Shown here in pieces: positions 36,901 through 49,000 of a DNA stretch of 64,000 nucleotides. Origin of the DNA: Hormiphora californensis (taxonomy: Eukaryota > Animalia > Ctenophora). A program made the translations under genes and the position numbers. The stretch covers positions 8,804,001 through 8,868,000 of the forward strand of contig CM035352.1 in NCBI GenBank assembly GCA_020137815.1, given 5' to 3'. The notes under the pieces were generated by a model. The model was not told where the DNA came from and made no database searches. It saw nothing but the letters and a program-made list of their open reading frames with translations. Position 1 is the stretch's first letter. Each line of letters opens with the position of its first letter.

Positions 36901-39818
36901 TAAACCAAGTCCACTTATCGCTCACTACTTACTCAATAAACCAAGTCCACTTATCGCTCACTACTTACTCAATAAACCAAGTCCACTTATCGCTCACTAC
37001 TTACTCAATAAACCAAGTCCACTTATCGCTCACTACTTACTCAATAAACCAAGTCCACTTATCAGACTTCTGCCTCATCTGAACGAAGCGATCCAGACCC
37101 AGATCACAACAGAACGCTATCAGTGTCTTGTAGAAGTCAGTGTGCATCAGCTGTTTACCACCCACCACTAGTGGTTCCTCGTACTCTCTCTGTCTCTGTA
37201 GTGTATCCAGTAGTCCCTTTACAAACACTCCTATAATATGTTGAATTGTCATACTTTCTTGCGGAGCACGGACAGTGTCAGGGGAGCCAATAATAGGGGA
37301 GAATAGAGGAGAAGTTGGTATTAAATGGAGGGCACTCCTAATGGGGGATAAAATCAAATGGAGGGGGCATTTAGTAACAATCATTCTAAAAGAATCAGGA
37401 GCACGAGGAGGGGGTGTTTGACAACATGTAGCTGTATAAACAGAGTGTCCAACTACTGACCTAAGGTAGATGAAGGAGATGAAGATTTATCAGTAGACCC
37501 AGCAGACAGTAGCTCACTAACATTCACCCCCGCACAGCTCTTTAGTGACAGAGTTGATCTAAGATGCTGTAGGGCCCATGTTCTCTTCTCGGGAGACAGT
37601 TGGGATAACTGAGCACACGAGGCGAGGGCGGTAACTAATCGCTGCATCATGGAGCGCTCACCCGTTCTCTCCAGGGAGCTATCTAGCAGACACATCACCT
37701 GGATTGTGGGGGGGGGGGGTTCATGTTAACTTAAATCAGACATGGGCGTTGATAAAAAAATTGTCCAATACATTTGAATACATTTGAATACATTTCAATA
37801 TATTCCAGTACAATTCAGTACATTTCTGTACATTTTAGTTCTGCATGGAGCACCTACCATTTCTATGCTTGGTTTCGCTTGTACCAGTCTGTCTGGCATT
37901 GTATCAGCTGATGCGGGTGTAGACATTACTGGGTATGCTTTAAACCTGAGGGAGAGGATGACGTTTTCGGTTTTATAGAGCGAGTTTGTAAATCTAGATT
38001 CCCTATTGGATTACTCAATGTTTGATTACCCAGTGAACCCGCCCACCCTACATCGGATAAAGTGTTACGGTCAGCTGTAGCTCTCTGCGCCATATTGTAA
38101 ATCACAGATCACTCTTCTCGCTCTCATAATATGAGACTCATATATTGATCAGACTCATATATAATATAGTATATTATCAAGAGGAGAGCGAGTGGTCAGT
38201 GCGATGTACTTGGCTAACGTCACAGAGAAGAGTTCAAACCTTCCTTTTTGGGAATAAATTCACCAAATATATTCTACCATAGTAGTGGAATAAATATTAT
38301 ATTCATATTTCATTATAACTTGGTTGAAGTGTACTAACACTGTAGACACAGCCAACAGGAAGGTAGTACCTTCAAGTAGTACAGTAGTAGTACAGTAGTT
38401 GTACAGTAGTAGTACCTTCAAGTAGTACAGAAAGCTACAGAAAGGTATACTGTACCCAAATAAATGTTTGAGATATGTGGGCGCGGGTCATATTGCAGCA
38501 AAACTAGCGTACTGACTGTTCTCGCACTGACTGCTCTCACACTGTCTATCAAATTGTAAAACCTACTTGAACCCCCAGCCAGGGGCAGAAGAATCACTTT
38601 GAAACTTCCAGTTTAGCTCACTACCAGTGTACAATCACTTCCTTCCCCCACTTATCCCGTCCACTCAGCCGACCTATCGTTTTTCCCTGGAGTATTTGAT
38701 GAATGTCATGTCTTTGTTACTGTAGCATATCAATGGGTTGATCAGGGTTATGTGAGGGGGGTTGATTAAGGGAGGGAGGGGGGCCAAAAAGGCCAGATAA
38801 ATCTTTTTTTAACTAAAACACCAACCTTGTGATCTGACAGTGTGAGGGCGTGTTGTAGTTTCTCAGTGCTGCATCGAGGATCAAACTCTACCCGGATGCT
38901 GATGGCCCTGGGAAATCGAACTGTTCCTCCCAGACACGCGTTCATTGGGTGAGGGTGGGGTGATTCCCGCGTGACTGGTTCCGCACACCTCTGGTTATCG
39001 ACCTGTAGAGGGAGGAGGCGAGAGGAGAGAGAGAAGGAGAGATGAGAGAGAGAAAGAGAAGAGGGAGAGACGAGAGCGAGAAAGAGAGAGAGAGAGAGAA
39101 GGGAGAGAGAGAGAGGAGAGAGAGAGGAGAGGCGCGAGCGCGGAGCGGAGAGAGAGAGGCGAGAAAGACGCACCTTTGGAAGCCCAGTGAAGATGAGGGA
39201 GGAAGACACACGCACGGCCTGAACCGAGAGAGAGCCACCGAAGGCAACCGAAGAGAGACACAGAACCGAGGACGAGGCACGACGCGACAGATCCCAACCC
39301 CGACCGAACAGGTTCCACGCGAGTGAAGAGCAGAGATGAGAGAGAGCACACGAGAGAGAGAGGAACCTCCCCACACCGACGGGCCCCAGGGAAGAAACAC
39401 GACGCCCCAGACATACAGAGACCACAGCAGGACGAACAGAAGGAAAGCGAGCCCTCGGAGTACCCGACCGACCCCCCACGAAGCAGGCCAGAGAGGAAGA
39501 CGAGAGCGAAGGCGAAGACCAGACACCCGACCTCAGAGTGATCGCGAGGAGAGGAGGAGAAAGACGAAAAGCACCAAACACACTCTGAGCAGCGTCCCCC
39601 CGACACGACTCCCGAGCCCAGAGCGAGTCACAGACGAACCTGAGGACCGAGAGGGAGGAGTGAAAGTCGCAAGAAGACGAAAGACCGAATGGAGCAGAGA
39701 CGCTCCACTAGGGAGCAGAGGAGGGAGACCGAGGAGACCGAGACGGGAGAGAGAGGAGGACATGGAGAGAGGAGAGCCGCAAGAGACAGAGCACGAAGGA
39801 GCAGGAATGAGACGAGAC

Positions 39819-39876
<58 letters not shown>

Positions 39877-40010
39877 GAGAGAGAGAGGGAGAGAGAGAGG
39901 AGAGAAGAGAGAGAGGAGAGAGGAGAGCGAGGAGAGGAGAGAGAAGAGAGAAGAGAGAGAGAGAGAGAGAGGAGAGGAGGGAGAGAGAGAGAGGGGAGAG
40001 AGAGAGAAGG

Positions 40011-40048
<38 letters not shown>

Positions 40049-40054
40049 AGAGAG

Positions 40055-40088
<34 letters not shown>

Positions 40089-43000
40089 GACAGAGAGAAA
40101 GAGAGAGAGATATCTCACCTCAGTCACAACATCCTCAAGCTCACTTATACAGAATTCCAACAACATCTCTGCAATTTCAGGACTCGCACTACCAGAGACT
40201 TGAGAACCCTTGAGAGAGCCTCTCTTCCATGCTCCCCTGCCCTTCCTACCACGGCCAGTTTCAACAGCTCCACCAAGAAGCAGGCATCACCGGGTCCCAT
40301 CAGAGAGAAGAGGTCGTGTTGGAGGGGCTGGAAGTTCTCTGGGATCTTGGTGACGTGGGTATCTAGTGCTGTTATCACACCATCACGGGCAAACATCACC
40401 TGAGAATGAAGTTATGATAACACTCATGTTGGGGAATACACCGTTATGACGTCACATGCTGGGAACAAGAATATCGTGTGACGTCACATGGTACTGGGAA
40501 CTTGGGAGAGTACAGCTCTTACAATTGGAGCAATGTCCAAGGGGAGGGACGGGGGTCGGGGAGCCATGATTCATGAAAACCAAAAATCCTAGTTATGGTA
40601 CGAACCTCCATGGCCTTGATAATAAATGACAGTGCATCTTGTCTCTCCTCTGTATTTTGCAGGCTCAACATGACCTTGGTTAGAGAGGGGCTGGTAGGTC
40701 CTTTAACTGCCAACTTGGCAGGCTGTTTTGCAGCCGGCTTTATACTTGTTACCACGAACCCCTTCTTGTTCTGAAGAAAGTTGAAAGATAACAGTATTTT
40801 TTCGATTTTCTTCTCTATTTAATTCTTGCCCTGAACTCATTATTCAGATAACAGAGAGTTTTAAAGTTATTATGAAAATGAGAAACAATTCGCTTGAGAA
40901 TTGAGTCTACTATAGATTATCGATCACGATCTTTGTTTGTATGAGACTGAAAGACAAAAGAAATCAAAGCTTATCAGACCGCGGTAGTATGAAAGATTAG
41001 GTCGTGCGCGCCAAATGGCGCCAAATGGCGCCATCATATTCGCCAAATGGCGCCACGTGGCGAACAAATGGCGCCATTTGGCGCCAAAATATGGCGAGTG
41101 CGCACTATCGCCAAATGGCGCCATTTCTGGCGCCAAATGGCGCCATTTGGCGGTAGTCCCGCCATGGCGGTAGTCAATCGCCACATGGCAAAATTTTGCG
41201 CCAAACACGCCATATGGCGTCGGGAGTGGCGCCACACCACGGGAGTGGCGCCATACATGCTCTGGCGGTACTTGGATGGCGGTGGGCGTGTGGCGCCATT
41301 TGTTGATATGGCGCCAACTTATGGCGCAACAAAAAAACCGATTTCTGGGTGGGCCACACCACTGGAGTGGCGCCACATTTTAAAAACTCTGGCGGTATGC
41401 AAGTGGTATGTGTGTGGCGCCAACCGTTGTCGTGGCGGTAGTCAAACGGCGCCACATATTAGCGCCACATTAATGGCGCCACATGATAATGGCGCCACAT
41501 GATAATGTGGCGCCATATGGACATTGCCGAGAATGAGCTTCCGTGAGCGATTTTTTGAAGTTGTCTGTGTCACCTACATAAGCCTGTCAAAACCGTGTTT
41601 CGACATAGAACTCACTAGCGGCAAGCCAATTCCGGTTGTAAATTCTAGGTATAGGCCCCCTGAACATAAAAAACCAAAATGCCAGTCTCAATTATTTGGG
41701 GGAAGGTATGTAATTAGCCCCTAATTGATTGGTAATTGAGCATATAAGGAGAAAAACGCTGTATCTATACCCTTAGGAAAGGAGTAGAGATAAAATTAAG
41801 GGCACCAAAGTGTTCAGTGTCCTCGCCTTAGTGGGGGTAGGTGCCAGAATAAGTCTTTATCATCTGGTTAATTGGATAATTGGATATTAGACCTGCACAT
41901 AGCCGTTTGCTGGCCATATGGCTATATAACCATGTTAGGAAAGGAGTAGAGACACAACCGGGGGCACTGAAATGTTCACGTTCTCGAATTAGTGGGGTAG
42001 GTGCTGAAATTAAGTCTCTATCTCACCGATTAATTAGATAATGGATAATTGGTTTAAACATAACCGTTTAAGGGTACGCTAACCAAAAATTTTTTCGAGT
42101 GCAGGGAAATCTCTCACCGTAGGGTTGTAGGCCATGCCAAGGAGACCTAAATATGCAATTTGAGCTCTCAAGTCGAATTCATATTTTTGCTACAGCGGTT
42201 TGAAAAATGAAACTGAAAATAAGTTTTTGGCATCTTAAAAATACATTTGTAAAGATGGGATCATAAAAATTTGTGGATTTGAAGAGGACAAAGAGGTGAG
42301 TAGCCACAAAAATTTTTTTTGAAATCCGAGCTGATTTTCGGTCTGAGATGGATTTCTTTTTTTTGACTTAACGCCATATTTGGCCAGTTCCGAAAATATG
42401 TGAAAGCTGTAAATTGGTCAAAAGTTGCGTAACAATTATCTAAGTGGCCATAAATTTGGGCGTGTCCTTATTTAAGATAAGCTGTACAGAGTTTTTTTTC
42501 TGAAAGCCGTCATTTCAGAAATAAATAAATTCCCTGTATTCAAAAACGGCTGATCGTAGAGACCTGAGACTATGCTAAACGATTAGAAGGTCCGATTTTG
42601 GGGGGGTCTTTGAGAGACATTTGCTCTTACTTCAACCGTTTTTGCTGTAATTGCGAAAAACAAATTCTATGAAAAGGGCAAAAGCTAAACTCCAATATCC
42701 TGTAATTAGGGAATTTTAGCTAAGGAAGGACCGAAACTATGGAAAAATATGTAACAAGCTAATTCCTTCACTATTTGGTCCATATGGGTCCCTATAATCA
42801 CCAAAAACAAAATCACAAAAAATCCACGATGGCGAAGATGGGTTTTTGTTTTTCGCCATTACAGCAAAAACGGTTGAAGTAGGAGCAAAATGTCTCTCAG
42901 AAGACCCCCCTAAAATCGGACCTTCTGAATCGTTTAAGATAGTCTCAGGTCTCTACGATCAGCCGTTTTTGAGATACAGGGAATTTATTATTTCTGAAAT

Positions 43001-46000
43001 GACGGCTTTCAGAAAAAAAACTCTGTCAGCTTATCTTAAATAGGACACGCCCAAAATTTATGGCACCTTAGATAATCGTTAGACGCAACTTTTGACCAAT
43101 TTACAGCTTTCACATATTTTCGGAACTTGGCCAAATATGGCGTTAAAGTCAAAAAAAGAATCCATCTCAGGACCGGAAATCAGCTCGGATTTCAAAAAAA
43201 TTTTTTGTGGCTACTCACCTCTAGCTTGTCCTCTTCAAATCCACAAATTTTTATGATCCTATCTTTACAAATGATTTTAAGATGCCAAAAACTTATTTTC
43301 AGTTAGCGTACCCTTAAGGCTATTATATGGCTATGGAGGTGAGACACTATGTGTTGAGACGCGCACAATGCGACAATGCGCCTCCATAGCCACGTAGGAA
43401 TTGTTTAGAGACTTTTCATTGGTGCAATTTTGTAGGCAATGGCCAAGTTATGGGGGGTCGACGTCGTACTTTAAGCTCCATCTTCAACCGTTTAGCCGTT
43501 ATTTGGCTTAAAGGTGCTCTAAATTAGCAAAAAACGGTAAAAAGCCCACATTTATGGGCCATACAAGAGTGGCGCCACATAAATGTTGGCGCCATCCAGT
43601 ATACGTTAGCGCCAATAAGGATGGCGGTGGCGGTAGTCAAACAATGCCATATGTTGGCGTTACAAAATATTTGAGTGGCGCCATTTTTATGTGGCGCCAC
43701 TCCAGTGGTGTGGCGCCACTCAGAAAATCGGTTTTTTTTGTTGGGCCACAGTAGCGCCAAATTCAACAACTGGCGCCAAACTCCAACGCCATCTAAGTAC
43801 CGCCAGAGCATGTATGGCGCCACTTCCGTGGTATGGCGCCACTCCCGACCGCCACATGGCGATTGCAACCGCCATGTGGCGATTGACTACCGCCATGGCG
43901 GGACTACCCATTGGCGCCAAATCTGGCGCCACGTGGCGCCGCGTGGCGCCAGTGGCGATCGCCATTCGCCAAATGTTGGCGACTCTTGGCGGTATCGCCA
44001 CGTGGCGATGGTATGAAGTCTGAAAAAAACATGCGCAACATATTTATCGCAAATGGGCCATTTGGCGATAAGAATAGCAAATTTTCAATGCTTTCCAAAA
44101 TATGACACTCGCCACTCGGGCCGCGTGCGCCATTTGGCGAAAAAATCGCCAATTGGCGCCGAACGGCGCCAAATGTCGCCAGTTGGCGCTAAAAGTCGCC
44201 ATTTGGCGCCAAATTTCGCCATCTGGCGCCAAACGTCGCCATTTGGCGCAAATGTCGCCCTATGGCGCCAAATTTTTGTCAAACGTTTGTCGCCAAACGT
44301 CGCCATAGCGGCCGCTTGGCGCCGAACATCGCCATTGGCGCAAATGTCGCCATATGGCGCCAAGTGGCGACATATGGCGCAAACTGTTTGTCAAATGTTA
44401 GTCGCCATTTGTCGCCAAACGTCGCATCTGGCGCAAACGTCGAACATTGGCGCCAAATGTCGCCATATGGCGCCAAATTTTTTTCAAATGTTTGTCGCAT
44501 CTGGCGCCATATGGCGCCACTTGGCGCCGAACGTCGCCATTTTGGCCCAAATGTCGCCATATGGCGCCAATTGGCGACATATGGCGAAATGTTTGTCAAA
44601 TGTTAGTCGCCATTGTCGCCAAACGTCGCCATCTGGCGCCAAACGTCGCCATCTGGCGCCAAACGTCGCCATTTGGCGCCAAATGTCGCCATATGGCGCC
44701 AAATTTTTGTCAAATGTTTGTCGCCATCTGGCGCCACTTGGCGCCGAACGTCGCCATTTGGCGTCAAATGTCGCCATATGGTGCCAATTGGCGAAATATG
44801 GCGCAAACTGTTTGTCAAATGTTAGTCGCCATTTGTCGCCAAACGTCGCCATTTGGCGCCAAATGTCGCCATATGGCGCCAAATTTTTGTCAAATGTTTG
44901 TCGCCATATGGCGCCACTTGGCGCCGAACGTGCCCATTTGGCGCCAAAGTCGCCATATGGTGCCAATTGGCGACATATGGCGCAAACTGTTTGTCAAATG
45001 TTAGTCGCCATTTGTCGCCAAACGTCGCCATTTGGCGCCAAATGTCGCCATATGGCGCCAAATGTCGCCAAATTTTTGTCAAATGTTTGTCGCCATATGG
45101 CGCCACTTGGCGCCGAAAGTCGCCATTTGGCGCCAAATGTCGCCATATGGCGCCAATTGGCGACATATAGCGCAAACTGTTTGTCAAATGTTAGTCGCCA
45201 TTTGTCGCCAACGTCGCCATTTGGCGCCATATGGCGACATTTGGCGCCAAATGGCGACGTTTGGCGCCAAATGGCGACTAAATTTGGCAACATTTTGCGC
45301 CATATGGTGCCATTTGGCGTATATGGCGACATTTGGCGCCAAATGGCGACGTTCGGCGCCAAGTGGCGACAAATGGCGCCCTATGGCGACGTTTGGCGCC
45401 AAATGGCGACAAACATTTGACAAAAATTTGGCGCCATATGGCGACGTTTGGCGCCAAATGGCGACGTTTATCGCCAAATGGCGACAATTGGCGACAAATG
45501 GCGCCATATGGCGACGTTTGGCGCCAAATGGCGACAAAAATTTGACAAAAATTTGGCGCTATATGGCGACATTTGGCGCCAATTGGCGACGTTAGGCGCC
45601 AAATGGCGACAAATGGCGCCATATGGCGACAATCGTTTGACAAACATTTGTCGCCATATGGCGCCAAATGGCGACATATAGCGCAAACTGTTTGTCAAAT
45701 GTTGTCGCCATTTGTCGCCAACGTCGCCATTTGGCGCCATATGGCGACATTTGGCGCCAAATGGCGACGTTTGGCGCCAAATGGCGACTAAAATTTGGCA
45801 AACATTTTGCGCCATATGGTGCCATTTGGCGCTATTGGCGACATTGTGCGCACATGGCGACGTTCGGCGCCAAGTGGCGACAAATGGCGCCATATGGCGA
45901 CGTTTGGCGCCAAATGGCGACAAACATTTGACAAAAAATTTGGCGCCATATGGCGGACCGTTTGGCGCCAAATGGCGACGTTATCGCCAAATGGCGACAA

Positions 46001-49000
46001 TTGGCGACAAATGGCGCCATATGGCGACGTTTGGCGCCAAATGGCGACAAAAAATTGACAAAAAAATTGGCGCTATATGGCGACATTTGGCGCCAATTGG
46101 CGACTTAGGCGCCAAATGGCGACAAATGGCGCCATATGGCGACAATCGTTTGACAAACATTTGTCGCCATATGGCGCCAAATGGCGACAAACGGCGCCAT
46201 TTGGCGAATTAATCGCCGTTGGCGCCACGTGGCGCAGCAGAACGGCGAGTGTCCTACTTTGAAAACCAATAAAATATTATTGATACATCGACAATTTGCG
46301 CCAAATGGCGATGTTTAGCGATGAGTATCGCAAGTGGCGCCAAACGGCGCCATATGGCGAAAAATTCGCCGAATGGCGCCATTTGGCGCCACTTTGTGAC
46401 GATTGGCGCCAAACGGCGCCATTTGGCGACGAATGGCGCCAGATGTCGCCAAACGGCGCCATTTGGCGACTTGATCTCCTGATCACTTAATGGCGCCAAA
46501 TGGCGCCATTTGGCGATAAAAATTTTGCGCATGTTTTTTTCAGACTTCATACCATCGCCACGTGGCGATACCGCCAAGAGTCGCCAACATTTGGCGAATG
46601 GCGATCGCCACTGGCGCCACGTGGCGCCAGATTTGGCGCCAAATGGCGCCATTTGGCGATAGTGCGCACTCGCCACATTTTGGCGCCAAATGGCGCCATT
46701 TGTTCGCCACGTGGCGCCATTTGGCGAATATGATGGCGCCATCTGGCGCCATATGGCGCCATTTGGCGCGCACGACCTAATCTTTCATACTACCCAGACC
46801 GCAGCATATAGATTATTGGATTGTGCTACAAAATATTACTACTAAATAGTATTACAAATCCTGCACAGCGATGAATCTTATATTACTATTAGAATCGGAC
46901 CCCGATTTACCGGGAATGACCCCCCTTCTCACCCGATCAACATCCCGGTAAATCGGGGTTACGAAGTCACCCTTTTTATTGCATACATGAGCAATAATAA
47001 CAGAGGTAAGGGGTAATTTCATTACCAACGGTAAATCGGGGTCCGACTCTAGAATAATGTACCTTGATTCCAGAGCTGCCAAGCGGATCTGATGCCAGGT
47101 TGAACTTGATGGGGTTGTGATGTTGGTGCATGGCCACACCAGGCTGCTCCCACCCCACACAGTGGGAGCTTCCACAGGCAATATGGGTTATCTTCCTAGT
47201 TTCAAGACCCCCAACTGGTTGAGGTGTTCTGTTAACCAGGGTCCCTCCGTTACCTTGTTGACCGTGGTCGTTATCTCCCCACGCAAATACCTGGGGTGGT
47301 TCTTAGTTATTGTGGCAAACATCTGAAGGGGGGGGGGAGTGGTTTTCATTGTTGTAAAATGTAAATGTATCTAGAAAAGGGGGTATGTGGTTCTGGGGGG
47401 GGGGTCCAGCCCTACAAAAGCTAAGCCATCGGCCAAAATCAGGGTACCATTAGCCTTTTTAGGGTTAAATTCTGCGGAGGGTGGGGGAGGTATAATGTGC
47501 TAGCTTTCCGTAGAAAAGGATAAGGCTAGAAAATAAATTGTTTGAAGCAAACGCGTTCGGTTCGCTAGCGGGATATTAGCATAACTATAACAAAGCTCTT
47601 CTAATATATGCAGTGCATATTAAGTACCTTGACGTATAGGTGCAAGAAATACTAATATTAATACGGGGCCACGTCCCCATAATAATAATATGCAACCAGC
47701 GGTAACTTAATAATACAAATAATAATAATACGGGGCCCCCGCCTCCATAATAATAATAATATGCAACCAGCGGTAACTTAGAAAGAAATTTATCAAGGTA
47801 CAGTCGGACTATGATTTATAGGATCACGATCACCGTGCTCATGATTCTCTATGGTTCACCAAGTACTAAAAACTCTGGAGTCGCCTGACACTATGTCCAT
47901 ACTCCGGAAAGTATGAACAATTCAAATAAATTCTCCCTACCTCTCCAGTACTAGTCAGAGCCAGACCATGAAGTGATCCGACAGCCACCTTGACAATCTT
48001 CTTCCCTGCTAAGGCCTTCACCACTTGGGGTGTCCGGACATGCCCGTCTGTACCGTGACCCAGTCTGTAGAACTCTCCCTTGCCCCATGTGTAGACCTTG
48101 CCATCAGAGCTGAGGGCTGCTGAGAACTGGGCTCCACAATGGACCTATAAATGGGGAAATGGGATGTTATGGGTTTATGATACTAAAATATGAGTAGATG
48201 AGTAGATTCATGTCATATAAATGCTGAGATCGAAGGAAAAAAGTTTCCTTTTCAACCATACACTTCCTAACTCTAAACCAATTTGAGTTGTGAGCTGTAG
48301 GGGGTGTTACCTAAACAGACACCTCCTAGCTTTCAGAGATGTAGGGTGATCAATGGGGCTAGTACCTGTATAATCTGCATTCCAGTTAGAGCATCAACTA
48401 CTTTGGGTACGAAACAGCCCTCGTGGCCACCCCTGCCCAACTTGCCAAAGTCCCCATCACCCCAACTCCACACCATATCTCCATCAGTTATGGCAAGAGT
48501 TTGGGCATCCTTGCTGCCACATGCAACAGAGATCACCTTATGGCCCTTGAATGCAGTCACCTGGAAAGAGTTTTATCAGTACAGTCGGACTTTACCAGGA
48601 TGCTCGGGGGAAAGGGTTGTGTTCGGAAAATCGGGGTCCGACTGTATTTCGTATCACAACGATTTCACTTTACTTGTTCAAGAGAGTTCAAGACAATCTA
48701 AACATTCAAAAACACACTAACCAGTTTAGGTTTGTGATAAGTCTTCATATCACCATGTCCCAACCTCCCATAGCCTGCCCAGACCCCAGGTGTACAGCTC
48801 CCCGGAGGACGTTACAGCAGCACTATGGCTATCACCACATGTCACATCAATCACCCTCTTGCCCTTTAGGGTTTCTATCATACGAGGCTCCTCTAGGGTT
48901 AGACAACTACCGTGTCCTAATTTCCCATCCTCCCCGTCTCCCCAGGAGAACACTCGACCTGATATAAAGTGGGGATTTAGAGAAATACGATGAAGGGTGT

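Noticed and set aside
36473-37171. 232-aa repetitive ORF and CRISPR-like 36-bp periodicity
   Set aside because: Units are head-to-tail with no unique spacers and no cas genes. The ORF is the antisense reading of a duplicated HERC2 splice junction.
38766-40403. Long RE-rich and SL-rich ORFs
   Set aside because: Translations of (GA)n and T-depleted sequence. Only the ends overlapping HERC2 exons are coding.
43524-46780. Dozens of overlapping ORFs ([10 protein letters not shown]-type) up to 455 aa
   Set aside because: Products of a stop-poor palindromic repeat in all six frames, with no domain content.
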